64,000 nt of DNA from Narcine bancroftii (taxonomy: Eukaryota): contig NC_091475.1 in NCBI RefSeq assembly GCF_036971445.1, forward strand, positions 4,278,001 through 4,342,000. Direction: 5' to 3'. How positions within the stretch are numbered: position 1 is the first letter of the stretch; each line of letters opens with the position of its first letter. Shown here in pieces: positions 1 to 11,962 of this stretch. The translations under genes were made by a program, and so were the position numbers. The notes beneath the pieces were generated by a model. That model had not been told where the DNA came from and made no database searches. It was given only the letters and a program-made list of their open reading frames with translations.

Positions 1-174
1 ATTCACTGATGTGTTTTCGCAAGACTTGCCAAACGAAATGCATTGAATTCGCCCATCGTTATTGAATGAAGATCTACCGGGACCAATGCCTGAAGAGGGC
101 GCACAAAATCAGTGAATCGGTGCGGACTCGAAAGGCCAACATGGCCTGTTTCTGCTCCATTAATGGTTATATGG

Positions 175-536
175 TGTCCAACGAGCAACAAATCTCTTTG
201 AAACCAACAAAAACCTTCCTGAGTGGTAACCATTTAACTTTAAGCACCAGAGCCTGATGGAGAGTCATAAATGTTGAATTCTGTGCACAGTATAAGAATT
301 GCCTGATAACAGTGAACTTGGAGAAGTGAGATTGGACTGTGAATCAAAGAACTTTCTTGAACATATACACATTACATACATGTGTGCTTAGAATTAGGAG
401 GTTAAATTAATAATAAGTTAAAGTTTGATCCTGTTTTCATGTTTAAAGAAAATTAAAAGCAACTTTTGTTTAAGTAACCATTTGTCTTGGTGAATTTCTA
501 TTACTGCTGGGTTTTGGATCCTCTGGGCTTGTAACA
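175..536 (+). mobile_element. 3' part of a family-A LTR; 5' side interrupted by LINE fragments
   Basis: Similar to about 22555-22909 and ends ...CTCTGGGCTTGTAACA. Positions 1-175 look like Rex1 and CR1 3' fragments. Confidence 0.8.
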
Positions 537-555
537 CTTCATTATGACGAGAATT

Positions 556-795
556 GGGTGGCTTGATTAGCGTAGCAATTAGCGTAACACCTTTACAGCA
601 CCAGTGATCAGGACCAGACCGGGATTCAAATCCCACTCTGTCTGTAAGGAGTTTTCATGTTCTCCCTGTGTGTGGGTTTTCTGTGGCTCCAGTTTCCTCC
701 CACTGTTTAAAATGTACTGGGTGTAGGTTAATGAGCGTTATTGGTGGCACGGACTTGTGGATCGAAATGGCGTGTTACTGTGCTATATGTATAAA
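556..795 (+). mobile_element. tRNA-derived SINE (V-SINE/HE1-like)
   Basis: A-box-like TTAGCGTAGC, B-box GATTCAAATCC, core CTCCAGTTTCCTCCCAC. Related copies lie at about 38510-38830 (+), 39000-39170 (-) and 47745-47970 (-). Confidence 0.7.
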
Positions 796-2158
796 TTAAA
801 ATCCTGTCATCAACAGTGGAGGTCTTGTGATTACCGAGTTCTCCATTACACTCTTTCTTAATGATGTTCCAAACTGTTGATTTTGGTAATCCTAAATTTG
901 GGAGATGTCTCTCATGATTTTATTTTTGTTTTTCAGCCTCATAATGGCTTCTTTGATTTTCTTTGGTATAACTCTAGTCCTCATGTTGAAAACTGACAAC
1001 TACAGACTCCAAGGTGATCAAAAGCTTAGAAGCAAAGCTAGCTCTCTTATACCTGCACCAATGAAGCAATTAAACATATCTGAGTACTCACAAACACCTG
1101 TGAAGCCAAATGTCCCAAACATTATGGTGCCCTGAAATGTGGGGACTATGTATAAAAAGTGCAGTAATTTCTACATGGTCAAACCAAACCGTACAAATAA
1201 GCTTGAATAAAATCGAGAATGTACACTTACATGTGAATTGGTTGATTACAATTTTAAAATTGTGGAGCACAAGTGGGGGAAGAGTCTATTTGTCCCAGAC
1301 GTTATGAAGGGCACTGTATACTCTTCCTGGAAGTTTAAATATAAAACTTAGCAAACATTCATTGTAATCGTTCATTTTAGGACTGAAGTAGTTAGATTAG
1401 ACTCAGTTATTTCAGCAAATTATTTTTCTTTGTGTGAAGATGGAGAGAAAAATGAGAATAAACATCCAGCTATATTTTGATAGTGCCTGATTGAATATGT
1501 AAACTCCATTTAGCTCTATTAAACCAAGATACCAGTGTTAGTTACAGGGGCTAGTGTGATTATTTTGGAAATTGTCCAAACTTACCATTCAGAATAAATA
1601 ATTTAATTGTTATGAGACAGTAGAGTTTATGCCCTTCCTATTAGAACATGCCTATGTTCAAGTAATTGTTAGTCACATTTAGATTATTATATAACATACT
1701 TGCCTCTTTATTTTGTAACTGTAGATCATTCATTTTGCTGAATATTCCTACTTATGGAATGAAAACTAAATGACATACTATTAAAATTAAATGACATACT
1801 TTTTAAATTAAAATTAAAACTCCACATTGTCATTGAAAAAAAAATTCAGCTTATGTTTGTGTGCTGTAATGATGAATTTTAGTGGCAAGATAAAATAATA
1901 TTTAAAATCTGTCCTAAACTGTTAAAATAATTACTTACATTTAGTCATAATTTCAACATTTAATTTTATCATTGTATCGTGAAGGGGTGATGCAATTAAT
2001 TAGATCTAGAATAATGGCTTCCCTCTTGGTGATAAAATGATATGTCAGTTCTTTAACCAGTGCTGATGGAGTGAGATTAACAAGCAAGGGTGAGGAATTT
2101 TGGAGGACAGTTGGCACTAGACAAAATAAATGAATTTCAGAAATGTTCTGTAGTGAAT

Positions 2159-2205
2159 CTTCTTTGGCTTGGCTTCGCGGACGAAGATTTATGGAGGGGG
2201 TAAAA
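2159..2205 (-). mobile_element. 47-bp 3'-terminal RTE LINE insertion with 7-bp TSD
   Basis: Matches the 3' end of the RTE at about 62706-62752; flanked by AGTGAAT at 2152-2158 and 2206-2212. Confidence 0.9.
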
Positions 2206-2286
2206 AGTGAATACTGCGTAGTGAAATAACAATTTGACCTTAATTTTATACTTCTATTAATCATTATTTTCTATTGTGTTGACCAG

Positions 2287-2446
2287 GAAATAATTGACTG
2301 TACCCTTTGGACAACAGTTGAGCCATTTATGGAGCTGCTTTTTCCTGTTATTTTGGAGCAGTTACAGATTCCAGATCATACTTTACAGGACACTCTGTTA
2401 AAAAAGAAATATGATCGAATTACAAAGGCTCTTGATGTCCTTTTGG
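2287..2446 (+). CDS. CIP2A: CIP2A coding exon (first in window; upstream exons lie outside the window)
   Basis: After ccAG, translates EIIDCTLWTTVEPFMELLFPVILEQLQIPDHTLQDTLLKKKYDRITKALDVLL, colinear with recalled human [27 protein letters not shown]...KKCERIAKAIEVLL. Ends in phase 1 at the ATATCCTTT donor. Confidence 0.9.
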
Positions 2447-3880
2447 ATATCCTTTTTTGTTAAATTGGTAATCTCAAGTACAAACACTGAGATTAATACA
2501 AGTAATGACTATATTAAAAATTCTGAACAGCTTAATTTTTTCAGGTAATTTTAGTTTGTTCATGTTAATTGAATTAATATTGCATTTGGAATTGAATTTT
2601 TTTTTACAAAACACTTTAACTGAGGTAAAAAAAATTTACAGTCTGGAAAATTTCAACAAATAAGATTCCTGATCAGTAATATTCCCTCTCATTCTTTCAG
2701 ATCAAAGTTGAAAATTAGTGTTTCCATACTCTGAGAGCTAGAAATTTGAACAACTGGCTAATAAATCACTGGATGCTTATTCATGATCAGATAAAAATGA
2801 AAGGTTATTTTATATTATACTCAATTTTTTTTCTTCTATGAAAATCAAAGCTTGACTGATATAGATATGAGTTTTGGCAATTTGTTGTAGTGTTGTCTGT
2901 AAGAGAAACCAAGAGTTTATAACCAAGCCTGATGCCAGTATTATTAAATTTGGCCAGAGCTAGTGAAGCACTTTGAACCATTTATAGAGCTGAGGCTGTG
3001 GAAATTTAATCTCTGCGTGTGTGTATATATGCTGCCTATTTCACATAACGATATTTTTGGATAACTGGTTATTTTTTAAACAGCAAATCACTTGTAACAG
3101 TGATTAAATGTCAGCAAATGACATGGGAAGGCTTTTAAAACCACGAAATAATGTTTAAATCTCACCAAAAAACAACCTGAACAAAATAACGTAAATCCAA
3201 CACCAAGAACTTGAAATTGTACTCAGAGGTTTTTTCAAAATTACATTTTTTCAACCTGTGATGTCAGTTTAGCTCCAAAAAAAAATTCGGATAATTGAGG
3301 GTTTCTGATTTTTTCGAATACAGTTCTATATCAACTTACGACCACAATTAGGACTGAAGGATTGGTTGAAAGTTGGATTTGCATGTCTTAATGTGTTAAA
3401 GCAATTTTTCAACAAAAAAAATTAAACAAATGAACCTTTAATGAAGAATCTCAGCATATGTTTAGTATTTTTTTAATAAAAAAATTTGGTCATATGTGTA
3501 GGTGGATGTAACTCACATTGGTTGTAAGTTGAGGAATACCTGTATCTTCGTTTATCCAAAAATATTTGGAGTCAAAATTATGTCATTTCTGCTTTGAAAT
3601 TTTTCAGATAAATGAGGATTTCTGATTTTTCTTAAATCCTCAATTATCTAAACTTTGGATAACTGAGGATTCCAGATAATCAGAATATAATTTTACAAAT
3701 GTCAAGAAATCGCAATAATCTTTTGGTTCAATTCAATCATTCTAACCGATCGTAGGTGATCTAATCAAATAAGAACTAAATTTGCTATTAAGAATAAAGA
3801 ATATAAACCTGAATTGTATTCAATAAAAGAGGCATTGGGGTAAAAGAATTTGTAGGTTTTTTTTTCTTAACTAAATTTAC
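2447..3880 (+). other. CIP2A: U12-type (minor spliceosome) AT-AC intron of CIP2A
   Basis: 5' ATATCCTTTT at 2447, branch TTTCTTAAC at 3863-3871, terminal AC at 3879-3880. The join G|TG gives in-frame VLL-V-LCGDD. Confidence 0.92.
3321..3542. mobile_element. Tigger/pogo-like MITE, within a larger degraded MITE (about 3040-3690)
   Basis: ta-CAGTTCTATATCAACTTACGACC ... GGTTGTAAGTTGAGGAATACCTG-ta; imperfect TIRs with TA flanks. Confidence 0.65.
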
Positions 3881-4022
3881 TGCTTTGTGGTGACGATACA
3901 GTGAAATTGCAGATTGCTAAGGTTCTCACTGCAAAAAATTGTATTTCAATTCTGGATTATCAGTTCACATTTAATAGGATGGAAGTTGGTTACCGGAGCA
4001 ATATAGCAGATGTGGAGCTACG
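3881..4022 (+). CDS. CIP2A: CIP2A coding exon
   Basis: LCGDDTVKLQIAKVLTAKNCISILDYQFTFNRMEVGYRSNIADVEL vs human LCGDDTLKMHIAKILT...; donor CG|GTAAGC, phase 2. Confidence 0.93.
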
Positions 4023-4252
4023 GTAAGCAATTGATTTGTCTTTTAAAAATAAACAAGAAAATACTTTGTCTTTTTCTCAAGACATCATTGTTCAAGGCTT
4101 TTATGTTGGGATGTTTGATCATCACTTTAAAGATCTTTTTGGGCTTCCATATGATATACAGTGGCTATATGTTCACAACGATTTTTGATCACAGCATTAA
4201 TGAAGAAGAATGATGCAGTTAAATGCATCGAATTTGAAATACTCTCCCTAAA

Positions 4253-4842
4253 GCAGTGGTTTTCAAACTTTTTTTCCCACTCACATCCCACCTTAAGTCA
4301 TCCCTATGCCATAGGTGCTCTGTGATTAGTTCTTGGGGAACGAGAATGGGGTAAGGTGGGGTGGAGGGTGTAAGGGAAGAGTGAGAGGGACCAGGATAAA
4401 CCTTGAAACCAATGGTTTTCAAACATTTTCTTTCCATTCACATACCACCTTAATTCCATAGGTGCTCTGTGATTAGTAAGGGATTATTTAAAGTAGTATC
4501 TGAATGGGGGTGGGGGGGGGATAAAAAGTTGAAAATCACTACTCTAGACCCAATTGTTACTGAAATAATTGCTTGAGAAAGATTTTCATTGGCCCATTTC
4601 CTTTGGAGTTATGAAACTGAACATAACGAGTCAATGAGGTACGATTAAAACAGTGATTTTTAAACTTCTTCTTTCCACTCACATACCGCCTTAAGTAATC
4701 CCTTACAGAGCACCTATGGAATTAAGGTGGTATATGAATGGAAAGAAAATGTTTGAAAATCATTGGTTTTAAGGTTTATCCTGGTCCCTCTCACTCTTCC
4801 CTTACACCCTCCACCCCACCTTACCCCATTCTCATTCCCCAA
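4253..4842. repeat. Cluster of hAT-like MITE units with a 138-bp inverted duplication
   Basis: CAGTGGTTTTCAAAC-type ends at about 4253, 4410 and 4651; 4333-4470 is a near-perfect reverse complement of 4705-4842. Confidence 0.8.
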
Positions 4843-4849
4843 AATCCTC

Positions 4850-7800
4850 CAACTCATTGACCCCCCCCCACCCCCCAGTCCAATTCCTGACTGGTCTTTA
4901 TCATCCCCTTTGATCTTCCCCTCTCAGAGACGGGACATTCTGTTCTTAGTAGAGGGCTCACCTTCATCCCCTTTCACCCACACATAAATGAGTTCTGCAC
5001 TTGCGATGATGCCAAACTGTTCCATTGGTTCTGTCTCCATGCCATTTTCTACAACCAGGATTCTCCATGCTCCCACTTGCGTCCTCTTCTCCTACCTTAA
5101 ACCTTCCTCCTCCTGGACATTTTGTTCTGTCCTGCCCACTCTGGACCTTTATATTTCAAACTGTCGCCAAGACGTCAACCGTCCTGACTTCACCACTCCC
5201 CTCACTCATTTTAATCTCACCGCCTCAGAATGCCTTGCCCTCCACTCTCTCTGCACCAATCCCAACCTCAATATCAAACCTCAATAGACAAGGGTGTCAC
5301 TGTTGTGGTCTGACGCACTGCCCTCTATCTGGCTGAAGTTAGATGACCACTCTCAGACACCTCCTCTTTCCCATTCAACAGGAGTGCAGCAAACCTCATC
5401 AAACCACTATCTTATGTGCCATCTCTGAACGCATTACTTCCGGTCATCTCATGCCACAGCCTCCAACCTTATTATTTCCTAACCCCACACTGCTTGGTTC
5501 TACCTCCTATCCAAGATCCACAATCTCAATTGTCCTGGTGGGCCAATTGTTTCTGTGTCCTCCTGCCAATCAAACTGGTATCCACTTAACTCGACTCTGT
5601 TTTGTCCCCCTTGGTCCATTCCCTCCCCACATAAATCTGCGATAGTTCACATGTCCTTCAACAACTTTCATTTCCTTGATCTCGATTGCATCATCTTCAT
5701 GATGAACACCCAATCACTATACATCTCCATTTCCAATACCGAAGACCTCAAAGCCCTTTGTTTCTTTTTCGACAAAGGACCCAACCAGTCCCCCTCCTCC
5801 AGCTGACAGTATTTGTCCTCTCCCTTGATAACTTTTCCTTTGACTTATCCCACTTATTTTAAGTCAAATTGGTAGCCATGAGTACCCCTGTGGACCCCCA
5901 ACTATGCCTGTCTTTTTGTTGGCTATGAGGAGCAATCCATGCTACAAGCCTATGCAGTCAATTCTCCTCAACTCTGCCTTTGCTTCATTGACAACTCCTT
6001 TGGTGCTTCCTCATGCACCCATGATGGCATATTGACTTTATCCACTTTTCTGTCAACTTCCACCCCAATCTAAAATTCACTTGATCCATCTCTAGCAACA
6101 TTCTCCCCTTTCTTGATCCCATAGGCACCTCGAGTACACCTCTTCACCTCCTGTCCCCTGTAAGGGATTCCATTTCTTTTTCTTAATTCCTGTCTCCATT
6201 GCATCTGCTCCCAGGACGATGTCTTCCAGGTAGGATTATCTGAGATGACCTCCTTTTCTGCTACCATCAATTTGACCCTAACCCGAATACCCTCCACTAT
6301 TTACACATCTGCCTCTGCTCCTACGTGCAACAAGGACCGGATTCCCCTTTCACCCCATTAGCCTCCATGTCAAACATATCACCCTCTGCTGTTTCCATCA
6401 CCTTCTACATGATCCCACAAGCAGACACATCTCCTCTCCTACCCTTTCCATCTTCCACAGAGACTGCTCCCTCTGCGACTCTACCATTCCTCCCCACCAA
6501 TCGCCCCTTTGGCACCTACCCTTGTAACTGCAGGAAGTGCTACACTTGTGCCCATACCTCCTTCCTAACTACTACTCGGGACCCTAAACAGTCTTTCCAA
6601 GTGAAGCCACACTTCACGTGAATCTGCAGAGGTTATTTTACCCGTTGTGGTCTCCTCTATGTTGGAGAGACTGGACGCATGTTCAGCATTTTAGCTCTGT
6701 CCGCTACAATAGCAGGGATCTCCCAATGGCAAACCACTTCAATTCCCCACCCCATTCCCATGCTGACTTGTCTGTCCATGGTCTCATGTACTGCCAGACT
6801 AACGTAACCCACAAATTGGAGGAGCAACACCTTCTATTCCAACTGGGCTCCTAGGAAGGCTAAGTCCTTGGGTATTAATTTGGAGATAGTCAAATGCATT
6901 CAACAGTGCCAGAGAGTAGTAGTAGATAACTGTTTGTCAGGATGGAGGCCGGTGACGAGTGGTGTACCTCAGGGTTCGGTATTGGGACCGTTGCTGTTTG
7001 TTATATATATTAATGATCTGGAGGATGGGGTGGTAAATTGGATTAGTAAATATGCAGATGATATTAAAATAGGGGGAATTGTGGATGATGAAGAGGGTTT
7101 TCAAAGATTGAAGAGGGGTTTAAACTGCTTAGAGGAGTGGGCAGAAAGATAGCAGATGGAGTTTAATGCTGATAAGTGTGAGGTGCTTCATTTTGGAAAG
7201 AATAATCAAAGCAAGACATGTGGTAAATGGGAGGGCATTGAAAAATGCAGTGGAGCAGAAAGATCTAGGAATAATGGAGCATTGTTCCCTGAAGGTAGGA
7301 GCGCATTTGGATAGTAGGGTGGTGAAGAAGGCCTTTAGTATGCTTGCCTATATAAATCAGTGCATAGAATATAGGAGTTAGGAAGTAATGATGAAACTGT
7401 ACAAGGCATTGGTGAGGCCAAATTTAGAGTACTGTGTACAGTTCTGGTCTCCGATTTATAGGAAAGATATTAACAAGATAGAGAGAGTGCAGAGAAGATT
7501 TACAAAAATATTGTCTGGGTTTCAGCATCTGGAATACAGGAAAGATTGAGCAAATTAGGTCTTTATTCCTTCGAATGTAGAAGGCTGAGAGGGGATTTGA
7601 TAGAGGTGCTTAAGATAATGAGAGGGATAAAGAAAGTTGATGTGGAAAGGCTTTTCCCATTGAGAATAGGAGAGAGGATACAAGAGGTCATGGGTTGAGA
7701 GTTGACGGGTAAAGGTTTAGGAATAACATGAGAGGGATCTTCTTTACTCAGAGAGTGGTTACTGTGTGGAATGGGCTTCCGGGAAAGGTGGTGGAGGCAG

Positions 7801-8090
7801 GGTCAATTTTGTCATTTAAGAAAGAGTTGGATAAGTATATTGGGAGGGGGATGGAGGGATATGGGCAGAGTGCTGGTAAGTGGGATTAGAGGAGGGTACT
7901 TGGATCAGTGCAGACTAGAAGGGCCAAATTGGCCCGTATCTGTGCTGTAATTGTTATATGGCTAAATAGATGGCATTAACCATGACTTCTCCAGTTTTCA
8001 TTAGGCACCCAAACTCTGTTAGGAGTTCCTCCAGCAATTCTATATTACGACGAAACACAGCATCTGCAGACTTTTGTGTTTCCCCCTATG
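4850..8090 (+). mobile_element. Degenerate Penelope-like element (RT + GIY-YIG), split by a CR1 insertion
   Basis: Decayed motifs AM..PNYACLFVGY (about 5875-5930), LLYVGETGR (about 6652-6680) and ANHFNS; resumes at about 7965 after the CR1. Confidence 0.75.
6853..7960 (+). mobile_element. 5'-truncated CR1 LINE
   Basis: [48 protein letters not shown] and a typical CR1 3' UTR; stops and frameshifts. Confidence 0.92.
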
Positions 8091-8946
8091 GCCTTGCATA
8101 ATTTCTCTTCTGTCCAAGCCTCACCGTCAGTCCCAGTGCTCTATTTTATTTGCTCTCTGATTAACTTAACTTAGCTACAGTTTTTGTATTTGTAATTCCA
8201 TTTTAAGCCTCTTCTCTATTTCTTAGGATCTCTTACAAACCATCTCTTCAGACAAGATTTTGGTATCCCCTTTGAAACCTAGTTACTTTTGGATTATTGT
8301 CCATTTTCCTTGTGCTTATTTTATGAAGCATCTTTGGAAAGAATTTGCATGTTATTTATAACTGTTCATAAGATTATTAGAGAATGCCAGCATTATGTGG
8401 CAACTAAGTGAATCAGGACTGACAACAAAAAATTTTTTAAACAGTTTGATGTACTGTCTGAAAAGATGGGAGAAGTAGATTTAGTAATAACTTGCCAAAA
8501 AAAGAATAAACATTTGAATTATTTTTTAAAAGAGTGGTAATGGAAAAGTTAATTTATTAGCTATACTGCTGCACAGGTCACTTGTTTCATTCTGTGATCT
8601 GAGAAATTAAATTAGATGGCTTTATGTTTTAAAAAATAAATAGTTGGAAGCTATTATATCATTTTTTGTTATACCACTGATATTTCTGTTGGGGAAATAT
8701 TGCTCATTCTAACTTTAATTTTAACTTGGGTAAACCCTAAGTTGCTAATAGATTTTTTTTACTTGATAGAGAATTTTAATTTATGATTTTCTATTTTCTA
8801 AATTGCTTTATTTAATGATTTGTTTATGCATATAATATTTTAAATCCAAATTAAAATAGGAATGTAAAGCCTAAAATTAAATAATTGATATAGTTATGAT
8901 CTTTATAAACTTTTATATCTTTTCTCATTCTCCAACGTGTTAACAG

Positions 8947-9046
8947 TAAAATAGGTACAGATGTTATCTTAAAGACTCTTACCCTTATGGGCAAAGTCAA
9001 ACAGTTGGTGCCGAATATGGAAGCAAGCTTTTATAAGATTTTGCAG
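8947..9046 (+). CDS. CIP2A: CIP2A coding exon
   Basis: acAG|; [33 protein letters not shown]; |GTAAAA; phases match both neighbours. Confidence 0.93.
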
Positions 9047-9189
9047 GTAAAAATTAAAGATGTATTTAAAACCTGTTTTTTTTATTAGATCCTTCTGTAC
9101 TTTATTAAACAAATTAAAATTAAGGTATTGTATTTGATATGTTAATTCTAGAACTACTTTGAAATTGTTGTGATTTGTTAACTAGGATT

Positions 9190-9630
9190 AAGTCATGTTT
9201 ATTGTCATCAGATTGTACAAGAACAACCTGACAAAACAGCGTTCTCCGGTCCTCGATGCAAAGCACACCGATACACAACCAGACATAACACACATGCAGA
9301 CAAGCAATACATATGCAGGACAAGTATTTCATCTATACAAATAAATAAATATTATTTTGTCCATATGAGAGTACCAGAAGGTTTGATTGTTCAGCGGAAG
9401 TAACTGTTCCTCAGTCTGGTTGTGCTGGCTCTAATATTCCTGTCTCTTCACCAACGGGAGCAACTGAAAGATACTGTTTTCAGGGTGGAACAGGTCCTCT
9501 GATTCTGTGCCCTCTTCAGACAACGATCCCAGTAGATCACGTTGGTTGATGAGGGGGGGGGTGGTAGGGAGACACCCGTGATCCTCTCTGCCACTCTTAC
9601 AGTCCTGTGGATTGGAATATTGACCCAGAT
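9190..9630 (-). mobile_element. Rex1/Babar-like LINE 3' fragment
   Basis: RVAERITGVSLP...IYWDRCLKRA in ORF 9448..9693; tail GACAATAAAC. Confidence 0.7.
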
Positions 9631-10069
9631 TTTCTGATGTTTGGCGGATGAATACTCCAATATAGCATGAGGTGATTCACTTTGGGAGAACAAATGTAAA
9701 GGAAAGGTGCAGTAAAATTTCGAAAATCTGAACTGCTCGGGGATTGGACTAGTTTAGATTTCCCAAATTCTTGGGCAGTACTTTAAAATTCATATTTAAG
9801 GAGGAATAAAGAAGAAGTGAACAGGTCAATTTTGTTTGTTTATTTGTTAACAAATACAGCATGCATCATTTATCAAAACAAGTAGTTTTAAAGAAAAATA
9901 AAAATGCTGCCATGCATTTGTGCACTTGCATATGTATGCACACACACAGAAGCTCACTAAATTTAAAAGTTTGATCGTTTTCAAAATGTCCAGATTCTCA
10001 GCTGGTCTTGATTTCTGGCATCTGGATTTTTGGATTTTCACTGTATTCAGTTAATGGTAGTAATCTTAG

Positions 10070-10900
10070 AGATCTGGGGTCCACGTCCAAAGCTCATTGA
10101 AAGTGGCCGTGCAAGTTGAAAGGGTGGTAAAGAAGGCATGCCATATGCTTGATTGGGCAGGACATTGCATATATAAAAAAATATGGTTATATTGTAGGCA
10201 TATAAAATTTTAAACTATTCTTGGAATATAGGAAGGATGATGGACAAACTTGGGTTATTTTTTCTGGAGTGTAAGAGGCTGAGGGGCGAACTGATAGAGG
10301 TGTAAAAATCATGAGATGCACTAATAGGAATGACAGAATTTTTCTCCTAACAAAAAGCATCACACATTAGAGACATGCATTTAAGGTGAGGGGAATATTT
10401 AAGGGAGATGTGTGGGCAAATATTTAACACAGCGGTAGGTGCCGGAAACAAGTTGCCAGGAATAGTGGTGGAACTAGGTGTCAGGAACATGTTGCTCTGA
10501 GCAGTGGTGGAAGCAGAAGCTTAATAGCCTAAATACTCCTGAAATTGTCTGATCTTGGAAGCTAAGCAGGCTCAGACCTAGTCAGTACTTGGAGGGGAGA
10601 CCAACTAGCAACACCAGGGTGCTGTAGGTTTCTGTATGGGCGCTGGACATAGTGGCGACTCTGTCTGCCTTACGGTAGACAAAAGTTAAAGAATTTCATG
10701 TATGTTACATTCTAAATATAGTATTACATGACGATAATGGAACCTTTACCTTTATTAATAACAGTTAAAAGGGTTTTAGATAAACACATGATGGATGGAT
10801 ATCTGTCAGGTGTAAGCAGATTTTTAGTTTGATTTGGACGTCATGTTTGGCCACAGAGACATGGGCTAAACAAACTGTCCTTGTGTTGTACTGTTCCATA
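10070..10900 (+). mobile_element. Degraded CR1 3' fragment hosting the 5S-SINE
   Basis: Recognisable CR1 3' motifs (AGGCTGAGGGG..CTGATAGAGGTG, GTGGTGGAAGCAG) continue on both sides of 10527-10754. Confidence 0.65.
10527..10754 (+). mobile_element. 5S rRNA-derived SINE (SINE3-like): 5S head 10527-10631, unique body, LINE-like tail
   Basis: GTCTGATCTTGGAAGCTAAGCAGG...GTACTTGGAGGGGAGACC...GGTGCTGTAGG matches 5S boxes A/IE/C and the 3' stem; tail ACATGACGATAATGGA(ACCTTT)2; TSD TTAATA at 10521-10526 and 10755-10760. Confidence 0.82.
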
Positions 10901-11962
10901 TTCTAGGCCTTGGATATTCTGTTAAGTGGGGGAAAGCAAAGATCTGTCAAATTAAGCATTTCTGAATGAGGAAGTGCAAGTTAGAATATTGGATTCAAAG
11001 TATGTGCAGAAAAATGTAAAGAAAGAAAGAAAAATAAATGGATTAAGTTGGAGATGAACGTGACAAAGTTTACAAAAATTAAAATCTAAAGGAATGAGAC
11101 TGTTGTTTGGATCTCTAAAATATCTTGATCTCCCCACATTTGCCTCAGTTAGATACATTCACATATTCTTGGATACCAAGAAGATTACAGCAAAGGGTGC
11201 TTAATATCTCATTCTCTCTGCTTGCATGGTGAAATCTTTAGTTTTCCTTTTGAGATTGAACCTTTTTCAGATCAATTGTTAATAAATATAAATGTTTCAA
11301 CATCTTTTGAGATCTTATCACTGACTGAACAATGAATGGAGTGTCATCAAACATACCTAATTTTTAAAAATCCACTCAATGGGTCCAACTGCATGCTTTC
11401 TTAGTATGTCTCAAAGTTTCTGCTTGGGTAAGCATAGATCAGAAGATAAAGTCGAAGTCCCAACCACTGATAATGAAAGGCAAAACTTGGCACTTTATTT
11501 TTTTATATGGCAGAGAATCATTCACAGATGAAACTTGTCTTTGTAATAATACATTTTCAGAGAATACATTTCATTTTAAATATTGCTCCCTTTTAGTAAA
11601 GAATTGTGATTTTTAGAAATTATTTCAGTTTAGCATCTCATAATAGCAAGGTTAACTCAGAAGTCAGAGGTTTCTCAAACAATTTATCTGGTGTCTTTTT
11701 TTTCCTGAAATTAGTTTCTTCATTATAAAAATTAAAATCCATGTTCTAATGTATTCTGTTTTCATTTTCCTCAGCTCCTATTTTACATATTACAAATGGT
11801 AATCATTTTAGTCATATTTTTTGTTTGATTATTATTATCTTGAATTCCTGAAATTTCCTCTGCATGTTCTTTTAATTTTAGAAAAATATTACAAATTATT
11901 CATCAAAGTATGGGGTAAACTATTATTGCTTTTTATGGTTTCTCTTTAATGTATCTCCCCAG

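Noticed and set aside
905-1135. Small membrane-protein ORF (76 aa, hydrophobic N-terminus)
   Set aside because: It lies in T-rich CIP2A intron sequence, where hydrophobic translation is expected by composition. No other support.
1767-1820. 21-bp tandem duplication (TAAATGACATACT...)
   Set aside because: Ordinary slippage in an AT-rich intron, with nothing suggesting function.
2447-2550. GT donors at about 2468 or 2545 for the first CIP2A exon
   Set aside because: The in-frame TAA at 2461-2463 precedes them; only the AT-AC join keeps frame and homology.
10527-10631. Functional 5S rRNA gene
   Set aside because: 5'-truncated, many substitutions, no tandem array, fused to a LINE-like tail and bounded by a TSD.
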